The notes: generated by a model not told the origin, from the letters alone. A stretch of 64,000 nucleotides of DNA from an uncultured virus (IMG/VR IMGVR_UViG_3300025845_000008) (IMGVR_UViG_3300025845_000008:1-64000); one strand, 5' to 3'; counted from the stretch's first letter, positions 50,083 through 59,537 are shown. Numbers and translations are program-made.

Positions 50083-51035
50083 AAGCTTATGTCGGGATAA
50101 CAAACAATTGTAATGCCAAGTGTTTCACCTGTAATAGACAAGTTCTTAAAGGATACAGGCATAATGGTGAAATGACCATAAATGTTATAGACAAGATCCT
50201 TGATGCGTCAAGTACTATCGCATATATAGGTGAAATGGGAGACTTTATTTTTCACCCCAAAAGTCTTGATATAGCCCGAAGAACAGTAGAGCGTGGGGTT
50301 GATATGGATGTGGATACCATAGGGAGCATTCATGGCGAGGATTACTGGACGGTGTTGGGTAAGATATGTAACAAAGAGAACACTGTTATACGTTTCGTGT
50401 TGGATGATCTTATCACCGATCCACACAGACAGGTGGATACTGAAAAGGCGTTAAAGAACCTACAGACATTCATTGATGCTGGTGGTAACGCCCATGTCAA
50501 GACGATTCTATTCAATTTCAATCAACACATAATTGAAGATATGGCTGATTATCTCAAGAACATGGGAGTAAATCACTACGAGACGATCAGGTCACGGTTG
50601 TATATGGACGAAGGACCACTTTCAGCACCAACGGTTAATTATAAGTCATGTCTGGATCTATTAGAGAATGTTCAACGCAGGGCACCAAAGGATTGTATGT
50701 GGCACAAGTACGAAATGTACTATGTTAATGAGTTAGGAGAGGTTAAGATTTGTTGTCATTTGCCTTTTGAGGGTATACGTAACGCAGATTCCATAGAACC
50801 CTTCATGGAACCATATGTTGGTATGACTATGTTTGGTGATATAATGGATGTATATGACAGGGGTAGAGAGGACATGAATTTGAACAACGATTGGGTGACA
50901 GTAGAGTCGGCTTTGAACAGTGAATTCAATCAGTACATGTTGAATAACAAACACAAGAACACGATATGTCGATTCAGGTGTAGTGACCAAGAACAGGTGA
51001 GAAACCTCATGTTCCAACACACAAGGATATTCTAA
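50079..51035 (+). CDS. radical SAM protein (twitch-like C-term)
   Basis: CNAKCFTC, GEMGDFIFHP, GEVKICC, CRFRC. Confidence 0.88.
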   Translation: MKAYVGITNNCNAKCFTCNRQVLKGYRHNGEMTINVIDKILDASSTIAYIGEMGDFIFHPKSLDIARRTVERGVDMDVDTIGSIHGEDYWTVLGKICNKENTVIRFVLDDLITDPHRQVDTEKALKNLQTFIDAGGNAHVKTILFNFNQHIIEDMADYLKNMGVNHYETIRSRLYMDEGPLSAPTVNYKSCLDLLENVQRRAPKDCMWHKYEMYYVNELGEVKICCHLPFEGIRNADSIEPFMEPYVGMTMFGDIMDVYDRGREDMNLNNDWVTVESALNSEFNQYMLNNKHKNTICRFRCSDQEQVRNLMFQHTRIF

Positions 51036-52018
51036 TGTACGAGAATGTTAACATAGGTATAGTTTCATATTGTAACGCTAAATGTTACCTTTGTAACAGA
51101 CAGACCGTACCAGAATTCCCACGTGTCACCATGTCCATAGAAACCTTCCGAAAGGTCATTCCTTATGCAAAAAAGATGTCCTTTATCGGCGGGTTTGGAG
51201 ATTTCATAAATCACCCACAAAGCCTTGATTTTGTTAGAGAGATAGGCGACAAACCTTTCATGATAGAAACCAATGCAGGTATTCGTGATGAGAGCTACTG
51301 GAAGGAACTTGCATCTATGGCCAATGATGCCGATCATTATGTACAGTTTTCTGTTGATGAAGTGTTTGAAAGTCAGAACCCTTACCGTATGGTAGACACA
51401 AAAATAGTGTTACATAACCTCAAGACGTTCATTGACGCCGGTGGATATGCTGTTGTTAAAACTATCAGATTTAATTTTAACGAAGATAAAATACCTATTA
51501 TGACTGAGTTTTTTAAGAGCATTGGAGTTAAAGAGTATCACACACAATTGTCGATATATTATCCAGATAAAGGTGATTCCATTTTATCCGCACCACATGT
51601 ACCGGGTGTTTTTGTAAATGGAACGTTACCACTTGTTTACAAAATTAACGAAAAGTTCAGCAAATCAGGGGTGAAATGTGGGTGGAAGGAAGGTCGATGG
51701 TTGTACATAGTCGAGAATGGAGAAGTTCACAGGTGTTGTAAATTATCGATATATATCAATGGTATGCAGGATAACGCCCCTGCCCCTATATCGAAGTACA
51801 CACAGGATGAGTATTATGATGATATATCTGAAATTTATTATCGTAACAAGGAATTAATAAACCTTAACACCGATGGTGTTACTATGGAAACTATACAGAA
51901 TAACGAGTATTTCAGATACATTGAAGAGAAGTTTAAGCACGTTAAAAGATGTAAAATATCTTGTGCTTTAAGGTATGATATTGCCAATAGAATGCTAGGA
52001 TTAAAGAGGATATTTTGA
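51035..52018 (+). CDS. radical SAM protein, paralog of 50079-51035
   Basis: CNAKCYLC, GGFGDFINHP, GEVHRCC, CKISC. Confidence 0.88.
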   Translation: MYENVNIGIVSYCNAKCYLCNRQTVPEFPRVTMSIETFRKVIPYAKKMSFIGGFGDFINHPQSLDFVREIGDKPFMIETNAGIRDESYWKELASMANDADHYVQFSVDEVFESQNPYRMVDTKIVLHNLKTFIDAGGYAVVKTIRFNFNEDKIPIMTEFFKSIGVKEYHTQLSIYYPDKGDSILSAPHVPGVFVNGTLPLVYKINEKFSKSGVKCGWKEGRWLYIVENGEVHRCCKLSIYINGMQDNAPAPISKYTQDEYYDDISEIYYRNKELINLNTDGVTMETIQNNEYFRYIEEKFKHVKRCKISCALRYDIANRMLGLKRIF

Positions 52019-52890
52019 ACGTATTTTTTGTAGAGTTTCTTGCCACATATAACTGCGACCAGAACTGTTATTACTGTGATATAATAAACAAGGGTATAAA
52101 CACTTATACAGAAATGGATATGGATAAGTTTAAATGGACTATTGATATCCTTGGATCTGAGACGAAGAATCTCATGGTCGAGATTTGTGGTGGCGAGACA
52201 GGTCTGATTAGTAACGTGGAAGACGTGATAAGGTTTTTGAAGGACCATAAGTCAGTCAAGAAGACTCAGATAATGTCCAACGGTCTTTTACGTGTACAAC
52301 ACCCTGAAATTATTAAGGAATTTGATTATTACAATGAACATCTTGTCAGGGATATCATAGGAAGGGATGTACAGAAATTCCATGATATAGAATTTTGTAG
52401 TGATGATAACGCTAAAACCGTCATTGTCATGACAGAGAACACAGTAAGATCATTATTAGAGAATGAAGAATATTATAGAGATATTATCGAATCAGAATCA
52501 TTTTGGTTCAAAATATTCATTGAGAGAAGTGTTGATATCTCTACCAATCATTTAGATATGATGAGGGAGTTTTATAATAAATATAATGTGATGTTTTGTG
52601 ATTTTTATATGAATAAATTGGAGATGAAGAATGATTCATTTTCTAAAAGTTTGTGTACAAAATATCCATTTTTACCGGTTATAGATATGGAGAATAATGA
52701 TATAATTCATTGTGCATATTATAATTTTACCAATAAAGTGACTAAAGATTTGAACGAAAACAATCTAAGGGATTTGGTTAACAAAAAACTATTTATTACG
52801 GAATCACCTGATTATTGTTGCTCATGTTATGATTATTATCAAGATCCTCATTTTCTTATAAGAAGGAATAAAAGTAATAAACAATTATGA
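52015..52890 (+). CDS. radical SAM protein
   Basis: CDQNCYYC, GGETGL, SNGL, CCSC. Confidence 0.88.
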   Translation: MNVFFVEFLATYNCDQNCYYCDIINKGINTYTEMDMDKFKWTIDILGSETKNLMVEICGGETGLISNVEDVIRFLKDHKSVKKTQIMSNGLLRVQHPEIIKEFDYYNEHLVRDIIGRDVQKFHDIEFCSDDNAKTVIVMTENTVRSLLENEEYYRDIIESESFWFKIFIERSVDISTNHLDMMREFYNKYNVMFCDFYMNKLEMKNDSFSKSLCTKYPFLPVIDMENNDIIHCAYYNFTNKVTKDLNENNLRDLVNKKLFITESPDYCCSCYDYYQDPHFLIRRNKSNKQL

Positions 52891-53453
52891 TATTTCAGAT
52901 AAATTACAAATCAAATGGTAAGTATGATGAGTATTTTGATAAGAATAGATCCATATCCAGTAAACTCAATCATGTTATATACGAGGATGAATTTATTGAT
53001 GATTTTCTTGATTCTTATGGATACAGGGAGTGGGTCGAATCTGTCAAAATAACAAGGAACTATAAACATTTAAGGATTCCTATCATATGTGATCTTATAC
53101 GACTATTGATTTTGTATGAAAAAGGTGGCATATATATTGATGCTGATACTATATTCAAAGATAAAATGTTAGAACTTGAGAGTAATATGGAGAAATATGG
53201 AAATAGAAATGTATTTCTTGATAACAAAAACTTAGGATTCGTGAGAGGTATAAAGCACTCTGGTTATTTAAAGAAAGTATTAGCCGCATATAAAGCTAAA
53301 GAATTGACTGTTGATAAATTTATGGTTTATGATAGAAAGTTGTCGAACAATCATAAGGAGTTGTTTCTGCTGCCCTATGATCATGTAAATAGGTACTTTA
53401 CCCATTTATATGATCATAACAATAGCACTAAAAATGAAGATAATAACCTTTGA
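52887..53453 (+). CDS. DxD glycosyltransferase (GT32/Och1-like)
   Basis: DLIRLLILYEKGGIYIDAD. Confidence 0.85.
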   Translation: MIFQINYKSNGKYDEYFDKNRSISSKLNHVIYEDEFIDDFLDSYGYREWVESVKITRNYKHLRIPIICDLIRLLILYEKGGIYIDADTIFKDKMLELESNMEKYGNRNVFLDNKNLGFVRGIKHSGYLKKVLAAYKAKELTVDKFMVYDRKLSNNHKELFLLPYDHVNRYFTHLYDHNNSTKNEDNNL

Positions 53454-54261
53454 TATGTCAATAAACGGTAATATGTTGAATGCCGTTGATATGCAGAATT
53501 ATTTTGGGTGTGATCTGATTGTATTGGAACAAAAACCAATACGTTATTTCAATGTAAGTAAAGGTATATATAGACCTTTCAGGTGCTTTATAACCAACAA
53601 AATACCTGATGATGATGTTTTTATTATAGATTATAAGGCATTTTTGTATATATTAGAAAATAGTGTATCTTTTGGTTGTGATAAAATGATAGTTATGGAC
53701 TGTCTTGAGCTAACACTACAACAATTAGATATGACCTATCATAAATATTATAAAAAAATATCTAATATGGAGTGTTTGTTTGAGGGTCTATTCCCCAAAA
53801 CGGAAATTCAGTTTTTAATGCCCAAAAACAATTTTGATATATTTGATTTAGGGTTTCCTTGTGACGTGTTTCATAAGAAAATAAATTTTGATATTATGAA
53901 TTTTCCTTCATTTATGGATGATAATTTTGTATATAGACCCGATGTTGATAATAGTGTTTTATTGTCATGCTATTCAGAAGCGAATGAATGTGATCTAGGT
54001 AAAGACTTATTTAAGTCAAAAAATTTTATATATCAGAGGCGAAGTACTCTTGGATTCATTGAACAATTTGGTAGAATGGTGTTCGAATTATATTATACAA
54101 ATCGTGACATATGGACTGTCGGTGATATTTTTGATGGAAATGATGGTCTGACAGAGCATTTAAGATTATTAGATGCCAGTGTTATTGACAGTAAATTATA
54201 TATTCCTAACATAGAAGACATCAACATGAATAACTATAACTATATGGATAAATACTTATAA
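53434..54261 (+). CDS. GT-B-like glycosyltransferase candidate
   Basis: EQFGRMVFE fits the Ex7E motif; alternative start 53410. Confidence 0.5.
   Translation: MKIITFDMSINGNMLNAVDMQNYFGCDLIVLEQKPIRYFNVSKGIYRPFRCFITNKIPDDDVFIIDYKAFLYILENSVSFGCDKMIVMDCLELTLQQLDMTYHKYYKKISNMECLFEGLFPKTEIQFLMPKNNFDIFDLGFPCDVFHKKINFDIMNFPSFMDDNFVYRPDVDNSVLLSCYSEANECDLGKDLFKSKNFIYQRRSTLGFIEQFGRMVFELYYTNRDIWTVGDIFDGNDGLTEHLRLLDASVIDSKLYIPNIEDINMNNYNYMDKYL
54247..54254 (+). promoter_or_regulatory. putative late promoter GATAAATA
   Basis: 7/8 match to TATAAATA, 40 bp before a fibre gene; same 13-mer as at 42-54. Confidence 0.5.
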
Positions 54262-54294
54262 TAGTTTGTAACTAAAAGGATTATAGGAGTAAAA

Positions 54295-57054
54295 ATGACA
54301 AGAATTTCTGAAAAGTTTAACACTGAACTTTATTTATCGGGTGCTAATGCTGGGGTTATAGAAGTACCGCCAACGTTCACAGATAATAATAACGGAACCT
54401 ATGATATTAGTGATTTCACGTGTCTTTTATATGACAATGATTCACATGCGAACAGTTTATACACATATAATATAAGCACTGCAAATGGGTTTACCATGAT
54501 AGGTAGGGATATTTCTGACACTCCTAACGAGGTTCGTTATTTGGTTGTAGATAATACTATCGCTGGATCTCCTGTTCTTAGAGATTTGACATATGCCGAA
54601 CTATCATTGATCAATGAATCGGATATTATTCCTGTTATAACAATGTATAACGAAGATAATACATTGATTCATTATATAGGTTGGGATACTTTAGGTAAGG
54701 GTCTCTCTAATATGATTCATAAGAGACTTGTTAAAACCGATAGATTTAAAAGGGAATCAGGTCTCGCTTTATCTGTCACGGATCCCACAAAGTCAGTTCA
54801 AATTGGTTCAGGTCTTGTCTGGATTGGTGCCGTAGAAAATACTTTGGGTGCTTTTAGTTCGGCAACAGCCACATATAGATGGTATCATTGGCATAATAGT
54901 GGAGTAAACTTAACCGTTAATATCACTACAGTTGGTGGTGGTGGGGATGTTACTGCCGCTGCAATTAATACCGCAGGAACAGGTTATATGGCAGGTATGG
55001 ATTATCCTGTTCTTGGTGGAACTGGTACAGGATTTGTAGTTACCATTGATACTGTTGGTGCCACAGGAAACGTTACGGCAATTTCAATTTCCGCTGCTGG
55101 TACTGGATATCTTGATACAGATGATAACCTTTCTGTATACCAAGGTTGGCAGAGAATGTTGTGGACTGATGGTTCTGGAACATATAATAACTCTCACTAT
55201 GATGGTGGTTCTGCTGTTGGTGTTCTTCCATTAACTAACAACTATTACACGGTCAATTGGGTATACCGTGACCTTGAAAATAGCCCTCATGCTGGATTTG
55301 TTCTTGGTGGCAACTATCAGACGTATGCTGAGGCGCTTGCGTCACAACCAAGAACCGACCTTCCAAATGAATTTCATGTTATGTCAACTCTTGTTGGTCG
55401 TATTATTACACAAGAAGGTCTTACGGTTGCAACAAGTACAAGTTCCCTAGTAGAGAGTGCTTATGAAACTATATATTCAGGTCAACCAGTATCATTTCAT
55501 AACGATTTGGGTGAATTACAAGGTGGTACTACAAACGAGTATTATCACGTAACATCAGCACAATCCACTGGTATTGTTGCACAAAACCCAACAGTTCTTG
55601 GTGCCGATTGGCTTCACGGTATGGGTGATGTTGCCACAACACTCGCATTTGATAATGTTACCCATATTTTCACACTATCAGGAACAAACTTCAAGTATTA
55701 CTATCAAGGTAAAGAGGTAACTGTTGCCTCTTCTGTCACGATAGATTTGGATACTGCTGGTGGAATTACCTTCCCTGTACAGGGGGAATCATATTTCATC
55801 TATTTCGCTGATACTACAGGTGTATTAACCGCATCCGAGGGGCCTTGGGATTTGAACATACATGTTCCTGTTGCACTTATTACATGGAATAGTGCCACCA
55901 CAACTGGTACCGCCGCTGTATTTGATGAGAGACATGGATATAGACGTGACCTTCAATGGCATTTATGGGCACACTCAACCGTTAATACAAGGTACTTGAG
56001 TGGTTTTGTTAAGACACTACCTACAGGTGCTACACCTAATGACCTTAGTATAGGTGGTGGTTCGATTGCTGATGAAGATATTATTCACACTATTGGTGCC
56101 AAGACTACCGCAAGGATTTGGTATGAGGTTTCTGCTGGTGTTTGGACGTTCAAAGATGACGTTCTTCCTTACTACGATACAACGACCCCCGGCGGTGGTA
56201 GTCCTGAATGGCCTTTGACTACTTCAGCGTATGCGTTAACTCCATTAGCCGCAGCAAAATATATGCCGACTTGGTGTTATGCTTCTCCTGATATCACTGA
56301 GCCAATATATATTATTGTTCCGTCAATGACCTCAACAGGACTTTATAATAGTGCTACAGAGGCACGACAAGCCCCTATACCTTCTGTTCCAGAAATACAA
56401 GAAATGAAATTGTTGTATAGGTTCGTTTGGAGTAATACTGGCGCTTTAAGTTATGACGCAACACAGGATGACTTTAGAACCAGTGGTTTGATTGCTTCTG
56501 CTGGCGTATCTCAAAATGTCTCCGCTTCACAAGTTTCTTTTGCTCCTACTGGAAATGTAACATCCATAAGTGTACAGGGTGCAATAGAAGAAATAATCAG
56601 TGATATTAGACCTACTTATTCTGAACTGGTGATGACCACTACAGGTACCTTGACCGTGACTACCGCTGGTACATACTACGTAATGAACGATACAAACGTG
56701 ACAGGCACAACCAACTTCGTATTAGGACAAAGTGTTAATGTAACCACTAACGCAAATGCTTGTACGTTTACGATTGTTGATGCTGGTGTTTATGAAGTTA
56801 TTTTTAATGCTTCATATAATAACACTAACGTAAACAGAGTCAATAGAGGTAGATTCTATGTAGATACAGTACAACAAACAGGTGGATTTAATAATTCTGG
56901 TACCAATACTGCTTCCGCATCACAGAATGTTATGGCGAGTCAGTATTTGAGTTTGACGGCAGGACAAGTCATTGATTTTAGATTGACTGCTGACACGTCA
57001 GGTACGGTTCAGAATTTCACGATGGTTAATTTCAGAATCAGAAGAATCGCATAA
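54295..57054 (+). CDS. tail-fibre-like virion protein with possible C1q/TNF-like C-terminal domain
   Basis: Thr/Gly-rich; HNDLGELQGGTTNEYYH; C-term FTIVDAGVYEVIFNASY...LSLTAGQVIDFR. Confidence 0.7.
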   Translation: MTRISEKFNTELYLSGANAGVIEVPPTFTDNNNGTYDISDFTCLLYDNDSHANSLYTYNISTANGFTMIGRDISDTPNEVRYLVVDNTIAGSPVLRDLTYAELSLINESDIIPVITMYNEDNTLIHYIGWDTLGKGLSNMIHKRLVKTDRFKRESGLALSVTDPTKSVQIGSGLVWIGAVENTLGAFSSATATYRWYHWHNSGVNLTVNITTVGGGGDVTAAAINTAGTGYMAGMDYPVLGGTGTGFVVTIDTVGATGNVTAISISAAGTGYLDTDDNLSVYQGWQRMLWTDGSGTYNNSHYDGGSAVGVLPLTNNYYTVNWVYRDLENSPHAGFVLGGNYQTYAEALASQPRTDLPNEFHVMSTLVGRIITQEGLTVATSTSSLVESAYETIYSGQPVSFHNDLGELQGGTTNEYYHVTSAQSTGIVAQNPTVLGADWLHGMGDVATTLAFDNVTHIFTLSGTNFKYYYQGKEVTVASSVTIDLDTAGGITFPVQGESYFIYFADTTGVLTASEGPWDLNIHVPVALITWNSATTTGTAAVFDERHGYRRDLQWHLWAHSTVNTRYLSGFVKTLPTGATPNDLSIGGGSIADEDIIHTIGAKTTARIWYEVSAGVWTFKDDVLPYYDTTTPGGGSPEWPLTTSAYALTPLAAAKYMPTWCYASPDITEPIYIIVPSMTSTGLYNSATEARQAPIPSVPEIQEMKLLYRFVWSNTGALSYDATQDDFRTSGLIASAGVSQNVSASQVSFAPTGNVTSISVQGAIEEIISDIRPTYSELVMTTTGTLTVTTAGTYYVMNDTNVTGTTNFVLGQSVNVTTNANACTFTIVDAGVYEVIFNASYNNTNVNRVNRGRFYVDTVQQTGGFNNSGTNTASASQNVMASQYLSLTAGQVIDFRLTADTSGTVQNFTMVNFRIRRIA

Positions 57055-57055
57055 A

Positions 57056-57085
57056 GTTTACATATCACATTTAATACGTTATACT
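57056..57085 (+). promoter_or_regulatory. T4-type early promoter for gp47 operon
   Basis: GTTTACA, 17 bp, TATACT. Confidence 0.7.
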
Positions 57086-57121
57086 CCCTATATGGTAAAA
57101 ACTGTATAGGGAGTTTTATTT
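57083..57121 (+). terminator. intrinsic terminator overlapping gp47 RBS
   Basis: ACTCCCTATATGGT-AAAA-ACTGTATAGGGAGT stem followed by TTTATTT. Confidence 0.7.
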
Positions 57122-58162
57122 GTGAAGAGAATTTTAGTAACTGACACCCACTTGGGTCATAAGAAGGCAAATCAGAGATATCTTGATTTAACCCTTGAAT
57201 TGTTTGAAGACATAGGTAACTATGCAGAAGAGCATGACATTAAAGAGTTAATACACCTTGGTGATTTCTTCGATAATCGTAGAAATATGTCATTGATGAC
57301 GCTTCATTACGCACGTAGAATTGGTCTAAACTTGCGTCATAGGTTTGACAGGTCTTATTTTATTTTAGGTAATCACGATCTTTATTATAAAGACAGATAT
57401 TTGCCCAATTCCCATGAAATTTTCTACTCCATGCCCCATATTCAAGTGGTAGATGAACTGACTGAGGTTGGTAATATGCTCCTTGTACCTTGGATTGTAG
57501 AGGGTTCTGATTGGATTGACCCTGTAGAATTCTTAAAACCTCTTCATGAAACCACCAAAGAATATTGTCTTGGTCATTGGGAAATCAATGGTGCCAAGAT
57601 GAACGTATCAGGTCGTGTGGCAGAGGGAAGTAAGTTCAGTTGTACCGATTTTAGAAAGTTTAAGAAGACCTTTTCTGGTCACTTTCATACCCCCGGCACA
57701 TATCCCATGAATATTCAGTACTTAGGTGCATCACACCACATGGATTTTAACGATTCAGGTCCGAGGGGGTGGTATGTATTTGATGATGAGGATGGTTCCC
57801 TTGAGTTCATTCGTTGGGATAAATCCCCGAAGTATATCAAATGGAGAGCATTACCTGACAATATCGTTCAGGGTGAATTTACCGACCAAATTGTTAAGAT
57901 TGTCTTTGATGAGGATTATGGCACAACAATAAATAACCAAATAATTTCAGATGTTTATGGTACCAATCCCCTACAGGTATTCACTGAGTACAAGTTTACG
58001 AAAGTGACCACAGATGATACAGTAGAGGAAGAATTGGAATTGTCTGGTCCTGTAGAGGTCCATAAGGGATTTGTTGAGAAGTCAGAGGTTCCTAAACACC
58101 TTAGTAAAAAGATTCTATCTAAGTTTATCGACCAAATTTATGAGGAAGTCAATGCCCAGTAG
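57122..58162 (+). CDS. gp47: recombination endonuclease subunit (Mre11/SbcD-like)
   Basis: DTHLG, LGDFFDNR, GNHD, SGHFH metallophosphoesterase motifs. Confidence 0.93.
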   Translation: MKRILVTDTHLGHKKANQRYLDLTLELFEDIGNYAEEHDIKELIHLGDFFDNRRNMSLMTLHYARRIGLNLRHRFDRSYFILGNHDLYYKDRYLPNSHEIFYSMPHIQVVDELTEVGNMLLVPWIVEGSDWIDPVEFLKPLHETTKEYCLGHWEINGAKMNVSGRVAEGSKFSCTDFRKFKKTFSGHFHTPGTYPMNIQYLGASHHMDFNDSGPRGWYVFDDEDGSLEFIRWDKSPKYIKWRALPDNIVQGEFTDQIVKIVFDEDYGTTINNQIISDVYGTNPLQVFTEYKFTKVTTDDTVEEELELSGPVEVHKGFVEKSEVPKHLSKKILSKFIDQIYEEVNAQ

Positions 58163-58781
58163 AATGATACACGATATTTTACATCAAATTCTTGAGACAA
58201 GTGATGTGGAAATGCGTCACGAATCACAACGAACAACACGTACAAGTGGTGATTATTTTCAAAATTTGTATATGGGTGCATTTAGACCCCAATTGATATT
58301 GAGAAGGGTGGTCAGACATAGTGAAATTAAAAACCTTCCCGCAGATGTGTACACGGAATTGTTAGATTTGTTTCAAAGAATGGTCAGAACTGGCGAACCA
58401 GTTAATATCAGTAGAAGATTCCGTGATGTGAGACTTTCAAGAGCGGAAATGTTACCAAACCAACATTCATTCGAATATGATATACGACTTGAATTTGTGT
58501 TGAGTGATTTGGATGAAGACCATTGGCGTAATGAATTAGAAGAAGACTCACGTTATGTGCCGGATTGGGGTGGCCGTAGACGTAGCGCACAAGTTCAACT
58601 TGACGGTCAGGGTAGGATACACCCACGTTATTTTGGTGAATCAACAGGTGGTATTGAACCTGTTTATAATACTAAGCACCGCTACCGTGCCGCGTGGCCC
58701 GATGATGTTGAGATTTTCGGTCAAAAACCTGTAAAAAAGAAACAAGAGAAACACTTTGAGGATGACCTGTTTGAATTATGA
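58152..58781 (+). CDS. hypothetical protein
   Basis: ATG 58152 after GAGG; ends HFEDDLFEL. Confidence 0.6.
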   Translation: MPSRMIHDILHQILETSDVEMRHESQRTTRTSGDYFQNLYMGAFRPQLILRRVVRHSEIKNLPADVYTELLDLFQRMVRTGEPVNISRRFRDVRLSRAEMLPNQHSFEYDIRLEFVLSDLDEDHWRNELEEDSRYVPDWGGRRRSAQVQLDGQGRIHPRYFGESTGGIEPVYNTKHRYRAAWPDDVEIFGQKPVKKKQEKHFEDDLFEL

Positions 58782-59353
58782 AAAGATATGTATACAGAAA
58801 TCACCAACAATGTACATGTCCTACCAGACGTGAGATACGGGAAGCAGTTCATAATGATATGAACGAAAGACCACAACCGATGAGTCAGATTGTGGTTCCA
58901 GTTATACCGAGTATGCCACCCGCTAGTCTTGAACATATGAGATATGATGTTGGTGACTCGTTCAGGATGACAAGATATATTTTTGAAACAGTGTGTTTCA
59001 CAACTGCTATATGGGTAGAAGAACATGTAGAGAACGGTGTTTCATGTGGTCATTACACTACACACCACAGTTACTTTCAGGTTCCCGAAGGGGTGGAGTT
59101 ACCACAAACAGAGTTGTTGAATGAAGGTCATTCTTTTCATGACGAACATATTGAAGTATACCGAGGGTTGGATGGCGAAGCATATTATAGATACAGAATG
59201 TTTGAACTGGAAAGACGATTAAGAGAACTGGAAGATACAAGAGTTATACTTCCTAGAGAAGATATTGATGATATACACGCAGGTAGAGCGATTATTGATA
59301 ATCAACCTGTACGTCTGGAGTATTTTGAAGATGATGAAATTTTTAACATCTAA
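58778..59353 (+). CDS. hypothetical protein
   Basis: ATGA overlap; ends YFEDDEIFNI. Confidence 0.65.
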   Translation: MKRYVYRNHQQCTCPTRREIREAVHNDMNERPQPMSQIVVPVIPSMPPASLEHMRYDVGDSFRMTRYIFETVCFTTAIWVEEHVENGVSCGHYTTHHSYFQVPEGVELPQTELLNEGHSFHDEHIEVYRGLDGEAYYRYRMFELERRLRELEDTRVILPREDIDDIHAGRAIIDNQPVRLEYFEDDEIFNI

Positions 59354-59537
59354 AAGATGGCAAACAATTAAAGATTGGTGTTGGTGGAAATTTGTGATTA
59401 AGGAAGATGAATTTCATCACAGTTTGAGTATAGACATGATTAAGGTCTTAAATGGTAAGACGACATTAGATGCAGAGTTAAAACGTATCGAGCCTCTTCG
59501 TGAGAGGGCGCATAAATTAGATTTAAAATGGGGTTAA
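59265..59537 (+). CDS. hypothetical protein (start uncertain)
   Basis: fills gap in the operon. Confidence 0.45.
   Translation: MMIYTQVERLLIINLYVWSILKMMKFLTSKRWQTIKDWCWWKFVIKEDEFHHSLSIDMIKVLNGKTTLDAELKRIEPLRERAHKLDLKWG

Noticed and set aside
27001..57054. Diversity-generating retroelement or invertible fibre cassette
   Set aside because: No reverse transcriptase, recombinase, TR/VR pair or inverted gene segments seen in this window
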